A program made the translations under genes and the position numbers. The notes beneath the pieces were generated by a model. It worked only from the letters and a program-made list of their open reading frames with translations. It was not told where the DNA came from and made no database searches. 64,000 nucleotides of DNA from a virus, in the IMG/VR virus record IMGVR_UViG_3300031951_000037, positions 1-64,000 of that record. One strand, 5' to 3'. This document shows positions 38,794 to 49,536 of the stretch, in pieces (positions within the stretch are counted from its first letter, which is position 1; each line of letters starts with the position of its first letter).

Positions 38794-41703
38794 ATGGCAA
38801 CTTTATCGGAAGCACTTAACACCGAACGGGAAATTTTAAATGTCTATAGAACATTTTTACCTAGACTGAGAGCATTAATTGATCAGGTTAAGGCGATTGA
38901 CCCTTCTGCATCTGATGCATCTCAAAGATTAGATGCTTTGGATGCTCAATACCTTGCTTTTAATAGAGAGATACGAGCCGCGTTGGATCCGTTAGACGCA
39001 TTAGCAAGATCACAATTTGATACCCTAAGCGAAGCAGATAAAATTGCAGTAAATCAATCGCAGGTGCGTAGAGACACAGTTCAAGGCTCAATCCAATATT
39101 CGGAATTGCGTGAAGAATTCTTAGCACAGTCTGATATTAAATTTAACCAAATAGAACGCGCCGCATCGCCGCCGGCAACTCCTACAATTGATAATACCGC
39201 TGCACCAGCTAATGCTGCCCCCACCAGTACTAATACTTTAGCAGGCCCGGCAAGCGATGACAGCGGCGCACAAGAAACGGTAACTACTGGCAGTGAAACT
39301 CCTGTTACTACCGACACAACTTTACCAACCGTCGATGGTAATAATGCTGAAGAAGTAGATACTAACGCTCCTGACAATTCTGAACGAGAAGGAGAAGAAT
39401 CTACTAATGATTTAGGCGCACCTGGCGAACCCCCGTATGAAAATGAAGGGTTCAAATCAGTTGAGAATGAACAGAATTCTAGACCAGGCAAGAGATTAAA
39501 CAATCCACTATCTTACTTGTCAAGTTACACTTATCAGCTTAGTTTGTATATGATTTCTCCTGATGGTTATGAAGCTTTTATTGCCTCAGGTAGAAAAAAT
39601 ATATTTGCCTTTAGCGATCTTGATCCTATTCAAGCCGCAACCGCAGCAGCAGATAATCGTCTAGACGGCGTATATCTAGTAGCACAAAGCGCAGGTATGG
39701 GAAAGCCAGAATACAGAGCTAACGGATTTGATTTAGATTATTATATAGATAATCTCAGTTTTGAAGCAATTATTGCTCAAAAAGAAAATGATGGTCCGGT
39801 TGCTAATACCGCATATAGATTTAAGATTGTAGAACCATATGGATTTTCGTTCGTCACTAAACTTCGCCGAGCGCAAGAAGAAATAATCAACAAAAATAAC
39901 GGTAGAGAAACAGTAAGCTATCTATCGGGAAGTAATAATAACCCTACCAAAATGTTTTATATATTGGGTATACGTTTTTACGGCTATGATGAAGAAGGTA
40001 ATCAAGTGTCCGGCGACAGTGTATTTGACGGTACTTCAATTGATCCCAACGCCGGGCCAGGTGGAGCATTGTTTGAGACATTTTATGATATCGTTATTAC
40101 TGAATTTAAATTCAAAATTGATGGCAATGCAACCACTTACGACATTCGGGCCGAGACAGCTAGTATATCGTCATCAATTAACCAAACAAAAGGCATAGTT
40201 CCTGACAATAAAAATGTGTATGGTACAACTGTTAGGGATATGTTTTCAGGGCCAAACGGTTTGCTAACTCAATTAAACAAGGATCAAAAAGCTTTGTTGG
40301 ATAATGAGACAATAGAACATCCCATTACATATAGAATTCAGTGGTTAGGTTCTGGCGGAAGAAATATTGCATTGTCTAGAATGAATACTCCTAACAAAAC
40401 GAGTAAGAGTAATCAGGCAGGGGCAGGGGCAGAGAATACTGCACAATCAAATGAAGCCACTGCTGCTAGAGCAGCACCTAATAAGAATCGGATAGAACAC
40501 AAAGTATCTGGCGGTAGCCCTATAGTTCAAGAACTAGAGCAAATAATAGTTCAAAGCACCTACTTAACAGATGCTATGTCTGTAAATTACACAGACGCAC
40601 CAGAATCTGATTCGGAATCATCAACTCCGGAATCCGTAGAAGGTGCCGGCCGACAAATTGCTTGGTTCAGCGTGAGTCCACAAATTAGTAATATTAGGTG
40701 GGATAGAAAAAGAAAAGACTGGGCATACGATATTACCTATGTTATTCAACAATATCTTATTCCGCAAATTGAAAATCCGTATGTAGTAAACAACACCTCA
40801 TACTATGGCCCGCATAAAAGATATGAATACTGGTATACTGGTAAAAATACAGAAATACTTGGCTATGAACAAGTAATTAATAATCAATATTTCGTGTCAT
40901 TACTAACTAACCCAGAAAATAGTGGCAATTCTGGTGGTAATAGTTCTAATAACGATGGACAAGGCGCCAAAAATGCAGTAAATACTCAATCAAATGGTAA
41001 TAAGTCAGGAGGACAAGGTACTCCTAGTCTAGAAGCAGGAAATAGTTTTAGAACAAGCTTATATGATCCAGAAAGTTTTGCTAAAGCTAAAATTCAAATA
41101 TTAGGAGATCCGGACTTTTTAATACACGATACTGTTTCTGGTACTTTAGGAGGAGGAAGAAACTTACAGCAGGCCTATAGTAAATTTTATGAGGCAAACG
41201 GGACCACTGTTAATCCTACGTCTGGACAAGTATTCGTTGAAATTGACTTTAAGGAAGCAGTTGACTATTCTCGTAACGGGTTGTTTATAGATGATTTAAG
41301 TGAGTTGGGTATTCCTCCTGTTGAAGGAGCCCCGGGAACTTTGGCGATTAATGATAGCATTGAGTTTTGGAGATATCCGGAGGGCTGGGCAGAAAGAATC
41401 AGAGGAGTAAGTTATCAAGTTCTTACAGTAACAAGTACTTTCCAAAACGGAGCCTTCAAGCAAACTATTAACGCAGTCATTAACCCACTCGCAGCAAAGG
41501 ATGCAGCAGACAAACAAACTCAAGAAGAAGAGGGTCTTACCAATTCCAACGATAATCAAACTGGAAATGCAAGTCCAACAACTGCGAATACCACAACACC
41601 TACAGGAACCCCGACGGATCGGGAAGCATTAGATATCGCTGCTGCATCACTTTTCACGCGTGGACCATTTGCTGATGGTTACCGACTTGGTCCAACATCA
41701 TAA
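38794..41703 (+). CDS. Baseplate hub protein, gp27/VgrG-N-like (969 aa)
   Basis: Position between gp53-like and gp5-like genes; NPL..SSYTYQLSL start and AKIQILGDPDF motif. Confidence 0.55.
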   Translation: MATLSEALNTEREILNVYRTFLPRLRALIDQVKAIDPSASDASQRLDALDAQYLAFNREIRAALDPLDALARSQFDTLSEADKIAVNQSQVRRDTVQGSIQYSELREEFLAQSDIKFNQIERAASPPATPTIDNTAAPANAAPTSTNTLAGPASDDSGAQETVTTGSETPVTTDTTLPTVDGNNAEEVDTNAPDNSEREGEESTNDLGAPGEPPYENEGFKSVENEQNSRPGKRLNNPLSYLSSYTYQLSLYMISPDGYEAFIASGRKNIFAFSDLDPIQAATAAADNRLDGVYLVAQSAGMGKPEYRANGFDLDYYIDNLSFEAIIAQKENDGPVANTAYRFKIVEPYGFSFVTKLRRAQEEIINKNNGRETVSYLSGSNNNPTKMFYILGIRFYGYDEEGNQVSGDSVFDGTSIDPNAGPGGALFETFYDIVITEFKFKIDGNATTYDIRAETASISSSINQTKGIVPDNKNVYGTTVRDMFSGPNGLLTQLNKDQKALLDNETIEHPITYRIQWLGSGGRNIALSRMNTPNKTSKSNQAGAGAENTAQSNEATAARAAPNKNRIEHKVSGGSPIVQELEQIIVQSTYLTDAMSVNYTDAPESDSESSTPESVEGAGRQIAWFSVSPQISNIRWDRKRKDWAYDITYVIQQYLIPQIENPYVVNNTSYYGPHKRYEYWYTGKNTEILGYEQVINNQYFVSLLTNPENSGNSGGNSSNNDGQGAKNAVNTQSNGNKSGGQGTPSLEAGNSFRTSLYDPESFAKAKIQILGDPDFLIHDTVSGTLGGGRNLQQAYSKFYEANGTTVNPTSGQVFVEIDFKEAVDYSRNGLFIDDLSELGIPPVEGAPGTLAINDSIEFWRYPEGWAERIRGVSYQVLTVTSTFQNGAFKQTINAVINPLAAKDAADKQTQEEEGLTNSNDNQTGNASPTTANTTTPTGTPTDREALDIAAASLFTRGPFADGYRLGPTS

Positions 41704-41716
41704 AGAGATATGAAAT

Positions 41717-44700
41717 ATGCCTATTGACACAACCAAACAAAAAGGTCCTGTTAAAAGCTCTAGACCAGAATCTGGCGGAGCTAATGTAAAGAACTATCCA
41801 ATTATTGGTGTTGTTAAGGACAATATTGATCCTACTAGAGCAGGAAGAATCAAGGTAGCACTACAAGATGGTAAGGGTGCTGTTGATCCTGACTCTGCTG
41901 GCAACTGGGTAACTGTTCAATATTTGTCTACGTTCTTTGGAACGATCGGTTCCAGCTCAGGAGAAGGTGCTGAGGATTATGGATCATATAAAAACAATCC
42001 TACCTCATATGGTCAATGGCAAGCTCCGCCTGATATCGGGACTAAAGTAGTCTGTATATTTGTCAACGGTGATCTTAACGCCGGGTATTATATTGGTGCT
42101 ATTCCAGAGCCTGAAGCGTTACAGATGGTTCCTGCAATTGGCGCCAGCGACAAAGTAACATTAAATCAAGGTGAAGCTGACGGGTTTGGTGGTGCAACTA
42201 GATTACCGGTTACTAACCTAAATACGAATAACAAAGATAAAGCAGACAGTAATCAATTCTTAGATACTCCTCGCCCGGTTCACAGCTATTCAGCTAGTGT
42301 AATGAGCCAACAAGGTATCATTCGTGATCCTGTAAGAGGGCCAATCTCATCCAGCGCAAGCAGAGAGACGGTAAGTAGAGTAGGCTGGGGTGTAGCTACA
42401 CCGGGAAGACCCATATATCAAGGAGGATATGATGACTCAACTCTTCCTGAAAACTTATCAGGAGAAAAAGCGCAAGAGTTAAAAGTAATTTCTAGACGAG
42501 GCGGACACAGCATCGTTATGGATGACGGTGACGTTATTGGCCGCGATCAACTCGTTCGCATTCGCACAGCTTTAGGCCATCAAATCTTAATGAGTGATGA
42601 TGGACAAACATTGATGATTCTTCATAGCAATGGTCAGAGCTATGTTGAATTAGGCAAAGAAGGTACAGTTGATATCTATTCAACTAACAGTATTAACATG
42701 CGTACTCAGGGTGATTTTAATATTCACGCTGATCGCCATGTTAATATTCACGCAATGGAAAACTTGAATATTCAAGCTAAGAATATTCATACAAACAGTG
42801 AAGAAGAAACTAAATCACGAGCAGGAAAAGATTATAGAATTGAGGCATTAAACAACTTTACTGTTAAGGCTGGTGCAGCATTTGCAGCTAGCAGTGGCGG
42901 CGAAGCTAGCATGGTTGCCGGTGGACAAGCATTCGTTAATGGTAGCAAAGTAAATCTCAATTCAGGAAGTCCAGGATTGACCCCAGCAACAGTACCCATC
43001 ATATCTCTCGTTGCACAAACAGATACCCTGTTTGATGAAGGGAAGGGCTGGGCTGCCGCCCCAGGCAAACTATTAAGTATCGCATCAAGAGCTCCTGCAC
43101 ACTTCCCGTGGGCAAATGCAGGTATGGGAGTTGATGTTAAAACTTCAGGTAACGCTAGTGATAACTTACCCAAAGCTCCATCTAACGCCGTTCAGAATGT
43201 GAATGCCGCTGCTGCCGCTAGCGGAGCAACACCACCAAACACCGCAACTGTTGCTTCAGTCCCTGCAACAAATTCAGTATCTCCTGCAATGGATAAAAAT
43301 ACAACAGGTGCAGTATTGGGAGCTGTTGCAACAACTGCGGCTACTGGGGTAACTGCACCTGCTGTAGCTGGCGGCGCAGCAATTATTCCAACAAGTGCAG
43401 GCGCAAAAGCCTCAGGATTAATTGGAGCAATTAATCAGGTAGCGGGCAATATTAATACTGCTATCGGACAGGTAAATCAAGTTGTATCCACTGCAAGCTC
43501 GGTAGTAAATCAAGTCTCTACTTCTGTAACGCAGTCTGCGGTTGCGGTTGGCTCTTTTGCTCAAACACCTCAACAGCTAACTCAGTCAGGAATATTAAAG
43601 CCCGGTTCATCCAATCTTATTAATGGTTTGGCTAGCGCAGGAAAGAGCATTATCAATAGTGTTCCTGACTCACTGTTTACTGGAAAAGCAGGAGCCGAAA
43701 ATGTTACTGCACTAGCAACAAATGTTGTAGCACAGGCTCAATCTGCGGTAACTGTAATGCAGTCTGCACAAAAAGCATTAGGTGATGCAGGAATATTAAC
43801 TGGTAAGGAATCATCCACCCAAACAGCTGGACTTGTCACCGCTACAGCTACCGCTGGAATAGAACAAACTATTAGTGTAGTTAAGCAAGCTGCAAGCACA
43901 ACCACATCGCTAGTAAATAATGTAACTAACATATCAAGTAGTTTAACTCAGACCACAAACTCAGTCACCGGCGCAGTGAACAGTGCAATCAGCACCGCAA
44001 CATCACTTACAGGATCAATCACCGGGGGAATAAATTCTGCAACTAATGCAGTAGGTCAATTACAAAATACTGCAAATCAAGTTTCCGGTGCGTTAGACAA
44101 AGCTAGCTCAGTGTTGAATTCAATTGGTGCAGGTAATGAAGCAGCTAATTTGGCTAATAGCTTAGGTGGATTGGGCGGAATCGCAAATGCACTTAAGGGA
44201 ATGGGTGAAGGCGGCCCATCGGTATCGCTAACCGGATTACTCGATTCCGTTAAGGGCATAGCAGGATCAGCATATAGTGCTATATTAGACAGCTTCCCTA
44301 AATTAGAGCCAAACGTTCCGCAATATCTTTCTGATTTTGCTAAGCAGGCAGCAACTAAAGCAGCAGTTACCGAAAGTACTGTCCCCGGTTCACCAGCACC
44401 TGGCGCGACAAATCTTGAAAACAGATTATCCACTATTGCTCAAAACTTGACCGGTGATTTGGCACCAATTGGCGAAGGGTTGGCAAGTACAGTAAACAAC
44501 ACTGTAGCAGGAATAACCGGCTCACTACAAAATACTATTAATCAAGTGACTGAAGGAGCAACCAATATATTATCAGGCAACACGCCATCTACTGTAACAT
44601 TGACTTCTCTAACCGACACATTATCGCAAGCATCCACATTTGTTAATAATGTATCTGGAGTCACCAATACTACTACCAACTTGATTAATCAGGTAACGGG

Positions 44701-45637
44701 CGTTGCCGGCGATGCTTCTAGGGTACTCGCTAATGTAAATAATGCAGTAAATGAAGTAAATGGTTTGTCAGGTGCTGCACAAACATTGCAGAGTGGATTG
44801 ACCAGTCTTGCAAATGCGGCTAAGTCAGTACAAGCAGGTGGCGGTTCTGCTAAGGCATCTACTCTTGCTAGTGGAATAAACAATCTACCGGGCGGAATTA
44901 AATCGGTATCATCATTGTTGGATAAAGCGTCCGGCGCAGTCAACATGGTTCCGGGCACTGGTCAGTTGTCTGGACTATTGCAAAATGCACAGACGCAAGT
45001 GTTGAACGGATTATCTACTGTTAATAATGTATTGAACGACATTAACAATATTACTAATAAAGCTGGCGGACTAAGCTCACTAATAGCATCAAAGCTTCCT
45101 CTAGGCGAAGCTTCGCAGATGTTGTCAGCATTGTCAGCATTAGGGTCAGGCGGTCCAAGTCCTATTAGACTTCCTGAGTTGGGTGTGAATACTCTTAACA
45201 GAGCTTCGCTCACTGCACAGATCAATAACATTATCGGTGACTTAGGCATACCAAAACCCAACTTGTTGGGTGAGGTATTATCAACTGTTGTTATGGCTAT
45301 TGAGAAAAGAGAATTGGAACTCAGAAAAGAGAGACAGCGAATTCAAGAACAACTTGATATTGCTGAAGCTGAAGAAATTAAGGCAGGAAATGAATTTGTT
45401 GACGCATTTAATACCCTTCCGGAAGGCGATCCAACCATTGCTGCACTAGAAAAGAAATATAACGAAGCTAGAGCTAAAACTGAAAAACTAGTCAGAGAAT
45501 TAGCCAATGTGGGTAAAAGAGTCAAAGAAACTACCGAGGCTAAAACAGCACCTCCGGACCCTGCAACAGCTCCTGCTCCACAACCCACATTAGCATTGAA
45601 CACAACACAAGTCAACAATAACATTGGGTTTGGATGA
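41717..45637 (+). CDS. gp5: Central spike, gp5/VgrG-like OB-fold and beta-helix, with long C-terminal extension (1306 aa)
   Basis: GVVKDNIDPTRAGRIKV, PPDIGTKVVCIF and GGHSIVMDD...GHQILMSD repeats; no lysozyme domain seen. Confidence 0.75.
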   Translation: MPIDTTKQKGPVKSSRPESGGANVKNYPIIGVVKDNIDPTRAGRIKVALQDGKGAVDPDSAGNWVTVQYLSTFFGTIGSSSGEGAEDYGSYKNNPTSYGQWQAPPDIGTKVVCIFVNGDLNAGYYIGAIPEPEALQMVPAIGASDKVTLNQGEADGFGGATRLPVTNLNTNNKDKADSNQFLDTPRPVHSYSASVMSQQGIIRDPVRGPISSSASRETVSRVGWGVATPGRPIYQGGYDDSTLPENLSGEKAQELKVISRRGGHSIVMDDGDVIGRDQLVRIRTALGHQILMSDDGQTLMILHSNGQSYVELGKEGTVDIYSTNSINMRTQGDFNIHADRHVNIHAMENLNIQAKNIHTNSEEETKSRAGKDYRIEALNNFTVKAGAAFAASSGGEASMVAGGQAFVNGSKVNLNSGSPGLTPATVPIISLVAQTDTLFDEGKGWAAAPGKLLSIASRAPAHFPWANAGMGVDVKTSGNASDNLPKAPSNAVQNVNAAAAASGATPPNTATVASVPATNSVSPAMDKNTTGAVLGAVATTAATGVTAPAVAGGAAIIPTSAGAKASGLIGAINQVAGNINTAIGQVNQVVSTASSVVNQVSTSVTQSAVAVGSFAQTPQQLTQSGILKPGSSNLINGLASAGKSIINSVPDSLFTGKAGAENVTALATNVVAQAQSAVTVMQSAQKALGDAGILTGKESSTQTAGLVTATATAGIEQTISVVKQAASTTTSLVNNVTNISSSLTQTTNSVTGAVNSAISTATSLTGSITGGINSATNAVGQLQNTANQVSGALDKASSVLNSIGAGNEAANLANSLGGLGGIANALKGMGEGGPSVSLTGLLDSVKGIAGSAYSAILDSFPKLEPNVPQYLSDFAKQAATKAAVTESTVPGSPAPGATNLENRLSTIAQNLTGDLAPIGEGLASTVNNTVAGITGSLQNTINQVTEGATNILSGNTPSTVTLTSLTDTLSQASTFVNNVSGVTNTTTNLINQVTGVAGDASRVLANVNNAVNEVNGLSGAAQTLQSGLTSLANAAKSVQAGGGSAKASTLASGINNLPGGIKSVSSLLDKASGAVNMVPGTGQLSGLLQNAQTQVLNGLSTVNNVLNDINNITNKAGGLSSLIASKLPLGEASQMLSALSALGSGGPSPIRLPELGVNTLNRASLTAQINNIIGDLGIPKPNLLGEVLSTVVMAIEKRELELRKERQRIQEQLDIAEAEEIKAGNEFVDAFNTLPEGDPTIAALEKKYNEARAKTEKLVRELANVGKRVKETTEAKTAPPDPATAPAPQPTLALNTTQVNNNIGFG

Positions 45638-45645
45638 GCTAAATA
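45638..45645 (+). promoter_or_regulatory. Late box GCTAAATA
   Basis: Upstream of the SD and ATG 45663. Confidence 0.55.
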
Positions 45646-45662
45646 TTGATAGAGGATAACAC

Positions 45663-46112
45663 ATGGCAACTTACTTGGGATTCAGCACGCAAAATGCATG
45701 TCAACCAAAAACGACGAACGCTACATCAGGCAGTGCAGGCGGCCCGGGCGGAATTCGCACAGGTATTAATTGGGGTAAAAAATACAGTTTAGTAGACAAT
45801 GATCTAGTAATACAAGATTTTATTAACGCTCTCAACATACGAAGAGGGACTAAAGTAGGTCAGCCTGGCTATGGAACTATATTGTGGGACTTATTGTTTG
45901 AACAAAACGTAGCACAAGTTCAAGATGACATTGAAAATGAAGTAAGAAGAATCGCTAGACAAGATCCTAGAATGGTGTTCAACATGGTTAGGTCTTATCC
46001 ATATGAAAACGGAATTCTGATAGAAATTCAGATGGCTGTACAACCCATAAACCAGCCTGTAGTTATTAAAGTAAACGTGAATATTCAAGAGAGTACAGCC
46101 ACTTTAGTATAA
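45663..46112 (+). CDS. gp25: Baseplate wedge gp25-like
   Basis: LNIRRGTKVGQPGYGTILWDLLFE...DPR motif. Confidence 0.85.
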   Translation: MATYLGFSTQNACQPKTTNATSGSAGGPGGIRTGINWGKKYSLVDNDLVIQDFINALNIRRGTKVGQPGYGTILWDLLFEQNVAQVQDDIENEVRRIARQDPRMVFNMVRSYPYENGILIEIQMAVQPINQPVVIKVNVNIQESTATLV

Positions 46113-46130
46113 AACACGGTTTTTTTCTAT

Positions 46131-46138
46131 GATAAATA
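46131..46138 (+). promoter_or_regulatory. Late box GATAAATA
   Basis: Upstream of ATG 46160. Confidence 0.6.
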
Positions 46139-46159
46139 TATTATCAATAGAGAGAAACT

Positions 46160-49100
46160 ATGGCAACAAGTTCAAGACAATCAGCACTATTTGGCCTTAA
46201 CGACTGGAAGACTATTTACCAGACGTTCAACCAAGCAGACTTTCGTAGTTATGACTATGAAACACTACGCAAAGCGTTTATAGATTACCTTCAGGTATAT
46301 TATCCTGAAACTTTCAATGATTATGTTGAATCTAGTGAATTTGTTGCCTTACTAGATGTAATCGCCTTTATGGGACAGGGTCTTGCATTCCGTAATGACC
46401 TAAACGCTCGTGAAAACTTTATTGATACTGCTGAACGTAGAGATAGTGTTGTTAAGCTTGCTAATCTTGTGAGCTACACCCCAAAAAGAAATATTGCTGG
46501 TCAAGGCTATCTCAAAGTAACTAGCATTAGCACTACCCAAAACATTACTGACATTAATGGTTTAAATCTAAGCAATGTTCCTGTATTATGGAACGACCCT
46601 GCTAATCCTAATTGGCTAGAGCAGTTCAACACAATTATTAACGCTGCATTGATCAATACACAAAGAATTGGGCGCCCCGGTAACGTTAGTGAAATCTCTG
46701 GCATAACAACCAATGAATATAGCATACAGATTGCTCCCAATGCACTACCTATCGTCCCATTCAATGCAACAGTCAACAACACCAACATGAACTTTGAATT
46801 GTGCAGTGTCACTAGCATAGACGAAGATTATGTTTATGAAATTCCACCTGCGCCATCTGGCCGTTTCAACATGTTATATCGTAACGACAAGTTAGGGTTC
46901 GGAAGTCCTGACACTGGATTCTTTTTCTACTTCAAGCAGGGAAGCCTACAGACATTTGACTTTGCATTACAACAACAAATTGCAAACCAAACCATTAACA
47001 TTGATATTCAGGGAATTAACAATACTGACACTTGGCTGTACAAAATCAATCAAGATCGTTCTAGAGATTTGTGGAGAAAAGTTGAAAACGTATACGCTGA
47101 TGCCTACCTACAAAACGAAAGTTCAGCTAGACAAATCTTTTCTGTAAGCTCACGTTTCAACGACCAAGTAACTTATGTGTTCGGTGATGGAGTATTTTCT
47201 GAAATACCTGTAGGAAACTTTAGAGCATATGTTCGTGCAGGTAACGCACTCACTTACACAATTTATCCTACAGACATGAACGGTTTATCTGTGGCGTTTA
47301 CTTACATATCACGATTGGGTAGAGCAGAAACTTTGACATTAGGATTGTCACTAACTCAAACTGTGACTACTGCACAAGCTAGAGAATCAATCGCTGAAAT
47401 TAAGCAACGTGCCCCTACTCGCTACTATACACAGAATCGTATGGTAAATGGCGAAGATTATAATAACTTCCCATATACACTGTATAGTTCAATTATTAAG
47501 AGTAAGGCAATCAATCGTTCAAGCATTGGCGTGAGTAAGAACTTAGACTTACTTGACCCAACTGGTAAGTATAGCAGCACAAACAGTTTCGGTTCTGACG
47601 GCGCATTATATCAAGATGACACTGATGGATTCTTGAATCTTACGATCAATAACACCAGCGATATTATTGCATTCTTTACAAATACATTAGCAAGTGTATT
47701 GTCGTTGAATCGTGCAAGCCAATATTATATTCAAAATTATCCTCGCTATGATGTTAATACTAGTACTGGCGATGGAGTAGTATATTGGAAGACTAGCTCA
47801 GTAGATACTAGCAGTGAATCAGGGTATGTATATAATGTTTCTGGTAGTTTAGAAACTCCGATTAATGTTGGTACATTCAATACTAATAATTTAAAGTATC
47901 TAACGACTGGCGCTATTGTAAAGTTCAATGCCCCTGCAGGTTTTTACTTTGACAGTGATAACAGATTGAAAGCGGGAATCCCGGGACCTAGTGATAGCAC
48001 ATTTATTTGGACTACTATTCTCAATGTCGTGGGCGATGGATCAAACAATGGCGAAGGTAGCTTTGCAAATGGTTCAGGGCCTATTGTAGTCAGTGGGTAT
48101 GTTCCCGATGGAGTTGTTCTTACTCAAATTATTCCAGTGTTTGGCAACAACATCCCCGCTAGCGTAATTCAAGAATGCTTGATCAGAATGGAATTGAATC
48201 AAGATTTCACATTAGTATTTGACAATTCATTAATGATCAACCAGAATAGATGGAGCATCAAGAAATTCACTGATCCAAATTGGTTCGTGAAATTCACTAG
48301 CGTTGGACTTAACAGATATTCTATTACATACAGGTCACTAACATATTATTTTGCCAGTGTTGCTGATACTCGTTTTACTTTTGCTAAAAACGAATTAGTC
48401 TATGATCCATTTAGCGGTAAAATTATTCAAGACTTTATTAATGTATTAGGAATTAACGCACTTCCTAATAATACTACACCGTTGGGTAAAGATACTAAAG
48501 TTAACATCTTAGGACAGACTGTTGAAAGCGACGGCTACGTAAATGACTTCCAAGTAGAAGTTGCAGCCACAGACGTAAACAACCGTCAATTGATTTTGAA
48601 TCCAGACTTCTTTAATGAAATTACTGGATATGTCAGTGGAGGTTCCAATATTGGAATCTATACATTCTTTGAGACTGTACAAGACCCTATCAATTTAACA
48701 CGCCAGTATTTGATACCCACAAGTAGTGTTATGTCACAGTATCCAACACAGACTCAAATTGAGCTTGTGAAGTATGATTATCCTCTTGGACAATTATTCT
48801 ATGCATACGGTGAAAATAAATTCTACAAAACTGTACAGGATCAAACTGTAACAGTTCCATTCTACTATTTGGTTGAGCAATTGCAGTATAGTGTTAAGCC
48901 CGGTCGTCAAGGATTAAGTTATCAGTATCGCCATAACTCAAACAATACAAATAGAATTGATCCAGTTACAACTAATATTATTGATTTGTATGTGGTTACT
49001 CAGAGCTATTATACTGCATATCAAAACTATATTGTTGACAGTACTAATACTATTCCTGAGCCAAATAGACCTACTTTAACTGAACTTACACAAGAATACA

Positions 49101-49528
49101 ATCAAGTGCAAAACTATAAAATGTTGTCGGATTCCGTAATATTAAATAGTGTTGAGTTCAAGCCATTGTTTGGACCTAAAGCTGACCCAGCGTTGCAAGC
49201 AACGATCAAAGTAGTAAAGGTAAGTAAAGTTAATGCTAGTGACAGTGAAATTAGAAGTGCAGTGTTGGCTGCAATGAACAATTATTTCAACATTAATAAT
49301 TGGGACTTTGGTGACACATTCTATTTCTCAGAGCTTAGCGCATATCTACATGCTGAATGCGGAGACCTGATCAGTTCCGCAGTGTTAGTACCAAATGATC
49401 CTACCATGAGTTTTGGAGACTTATATGAAATAAAGTGCAGACCATATGAAATCTTTGTCAACGCTGCTACAGCAAATGATGTATTAGTTGTACCGGCACT
49501 CACTCCCGATGAATTACAAATAAGATAA
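46160..49528 (+). CDS. gp6: Baseplate wedge gp6-like (1122 aa)
   Basis: DF.SYD...LLDVIAF...ENFIDTAERRDSV.KLA..VSY.P; FGDGVF; Q.RMVNGEDY motifs. Confidence 0.85.
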   Translation: MATSSRQSALFGLNDWKTIYQTFNQADFRSYDYETLRKAFIDYLQVYYPETFNDYVESSEFVALLDVIAFMGQGLAFRNDLNARENFIDTAERRDSVVKLANLVSYTPKRNIAGQGYLKVTSISTTQNITDINGLNLSNVPVLWNDPANPNWLEQFNTIINAALINTQRIGRPGNVSEISGITTNEYSIQIAPNALPIVPFNATVNNTNMNFELCSVTSIDEDYVYEIPPAPSGRFNMLYRNDKLGFGSPDTGFFFYFKQGSLQTFDFALQQQIANQTINIDIQGINNTDTWLYKINQDRSRDLWRKVENVYADAYLQNESSARQIFSVSSRFNDQVTYVFGDGVFSEIPVGNFRAYVRAGNALTYTIYPTDMNGLSVAFTYISRLGRAETLTLGLSLTQTVTTAQARESIAEIKQRAPTRYYTQNRMVNGEDYNNFPYTLYSSIIKSKAINRSSIGVSKNLDLLDPTGKYSSTNSFGSDGALYQDDTDGFLNLTINNTSDIIAFFTNTLASVLSLNRASQYYIQNYPRYDVNTSTGDGVVYWKTSSVDTSSESGYVYNVSGSLETPINVGTFNTNNLKYLTTGAIVKFNAPAGFYFDSDNRLKAGIPGPSDSTFIWTTILNVVGDGSNNGEGSFANGSGPIVVSGYVPDGVVLTQIIPVFGNNIPASVIQECLIRMELNQDFTLVFDNSLMINQNRWSIKKFTDPNWFVKFTSVGLNRYSITYRSLTYYFASVADTRFTFAKNELVYDPFSGKIIQDFINVLGINALPNNTTPLGKDTKVNILGQTVESDGYVNDFQVEVAATDVNNRQLILNPDFFNEITGYVSGGSNIGIYTFFETVQDPINLTRQYLIPTSSVMSQYPTQTQIELVKYDYPLGQLFYAYGENKFYKTVQDQTVTVPFYYLVEQLQYSVKPGRQGLSYQYRHNSNNTNRIDPVTTNIIDLYVVTQSYYTAYQNYIVDSTNTIPEPNRPTLTELTQEYNQVQNYKMLSDSVILNSVEFKPLFGPKADPALQATIKVVKVSKVNASDSEIRSAVLAAMNNYFNINNWDFGDTFYFSELSAYLHAECGDLISSAVLVPNDPTMSFGDLYEIKCRPYEIFVNAATANDVLVVPALTPDELQIR

Positions 49529-49531
49529 GTA
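49524..49531 (+). promoter_or_regulatory. Variant late box GATAAGTA, 5 nt before ATG 49537
   Basis: Overlaps the gp6 stop codon; leaderless geometry. Confidence 0.45.
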
Positions 49532-49536
49532 GATAC

